Source of the DNA: the human T2T-CHM13v2.0 reference genome, Homo sapiens
DNA length: 64,000 bases
Direction: 5' to 3' (one strand)
Assembly (NCBI RefSeq): GCF_009914755.1
Contig: NC_060938.1
The position numbers and the translations under genes were made by a program. Shown piece after piece: positions 63,150-64,000 of the stretch. The notes under the pieces are model-generated. The model saw only the letters and a program-made list of their open reading frames with translations, searched no databases and had not been told where the DNA came from. Positions within the stretch are counted from its first letter, which is position 1. Every line of letters begins with the position of its first letter.

Positions 63150-63695
63150 ACTATGTCTCATGGTACATACAGTGTAAGGGAGGGGAAACAGATAAATGAA
63201 AAGCCAATTTTAATTTAGTGTGGGAAATGCTATAACAGAGTGAGTATAGAATGCTGTCAGGGCACATGAGAGTAGCACATAACCCAGTCAAGATCTAAGG
63301 GTGTATGGGGAGGTGATGGGGAAATTGTTAAGGAGAAGTAACATCTAAGCTGCTGACACCTACTGGGTGAATAGGAATTATCTGATGAACTGAGATGGAA
63401 GAGAAGGAACAATATTTACAAAAGATCAGAAATGAAAGTGAGTAAGCATTCAGGAAACTAAAATTAGTTTGTTTTGGCTGGAATATACAGTGTAAGGAAG
63501 AAATGTCAAAACATAACAGGGGTAAGCATTGGCCAGCTCACTGAAGGTAATATACATCAAAATGAGAACTTTGGATTTTATCCTAAGACCAATGAGAAAT
63601 GTTTGAAAGATTTGACTCAGGAATGATATAATCATTTACATTTTTGAAAGATCAGTATGACCACAGGATAAAGAACACACTGGAGAATAAAGGTC
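63150..63695 (-). mobile_element. L2 fragment
   Basis: ggaaatgctataacagag; gaactttggattttatcctaag; tttacatttttgaaagatca. Confidence 0.6.
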
Positions 63696-63699
63696 AAGG

Positions 63700-64000
<301 letters not shown>

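Overview
Human (hominid) genomic DNA from the family-11 olfactory receptor (OR) cluster, recognised from the protein sequences as 14q11.2. Five + strand OR loci lie in tandem: OR11G2 (frameshifted here by an A7 run at 8773-8779), OR11H5P (two stops and a frameshift), OR11H6 (open ORF, but with Cys->Arg in KAFSTCxSH and Tyr->His in the TM5 SY motif), OR11H7 (the TAG nonsense allele) and OR11H4 (clean). Intergenic DNA is mostly Alu, L1, L2 and MIR, plus a 3'-truncated SVA, solo LTR13 and LTR5A elements, a 5'-complete but 3'-deleted young L1PA with an open ORF0, and a ~4.5 kb composite AT-rich palindromic tandem array. The main non-obvious signal is a shared splice architecture. Every OR coding exon starts at a pyrimidine-tract/AG acceptor. 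In OR11H4, OR11H6 and OR11H5P that acceptor is phase 1 and lies exactly 11 nt before the codon preceding the N-x-S/T sequon; this codon is ATG in OR11H4 but CAG and ACA in OR11H6 and OR11H5P. Each of the three has an upstream candidate exon ending ATG-(codons)-N|GT in matching phase 1, which suggests split coding sequences. The L1 ORF0 splice donor is also phase 1 and could fuse in frame to OR11H4. Repeat boundaries and subfamilies were called by eye and are approximate; no searches were run.
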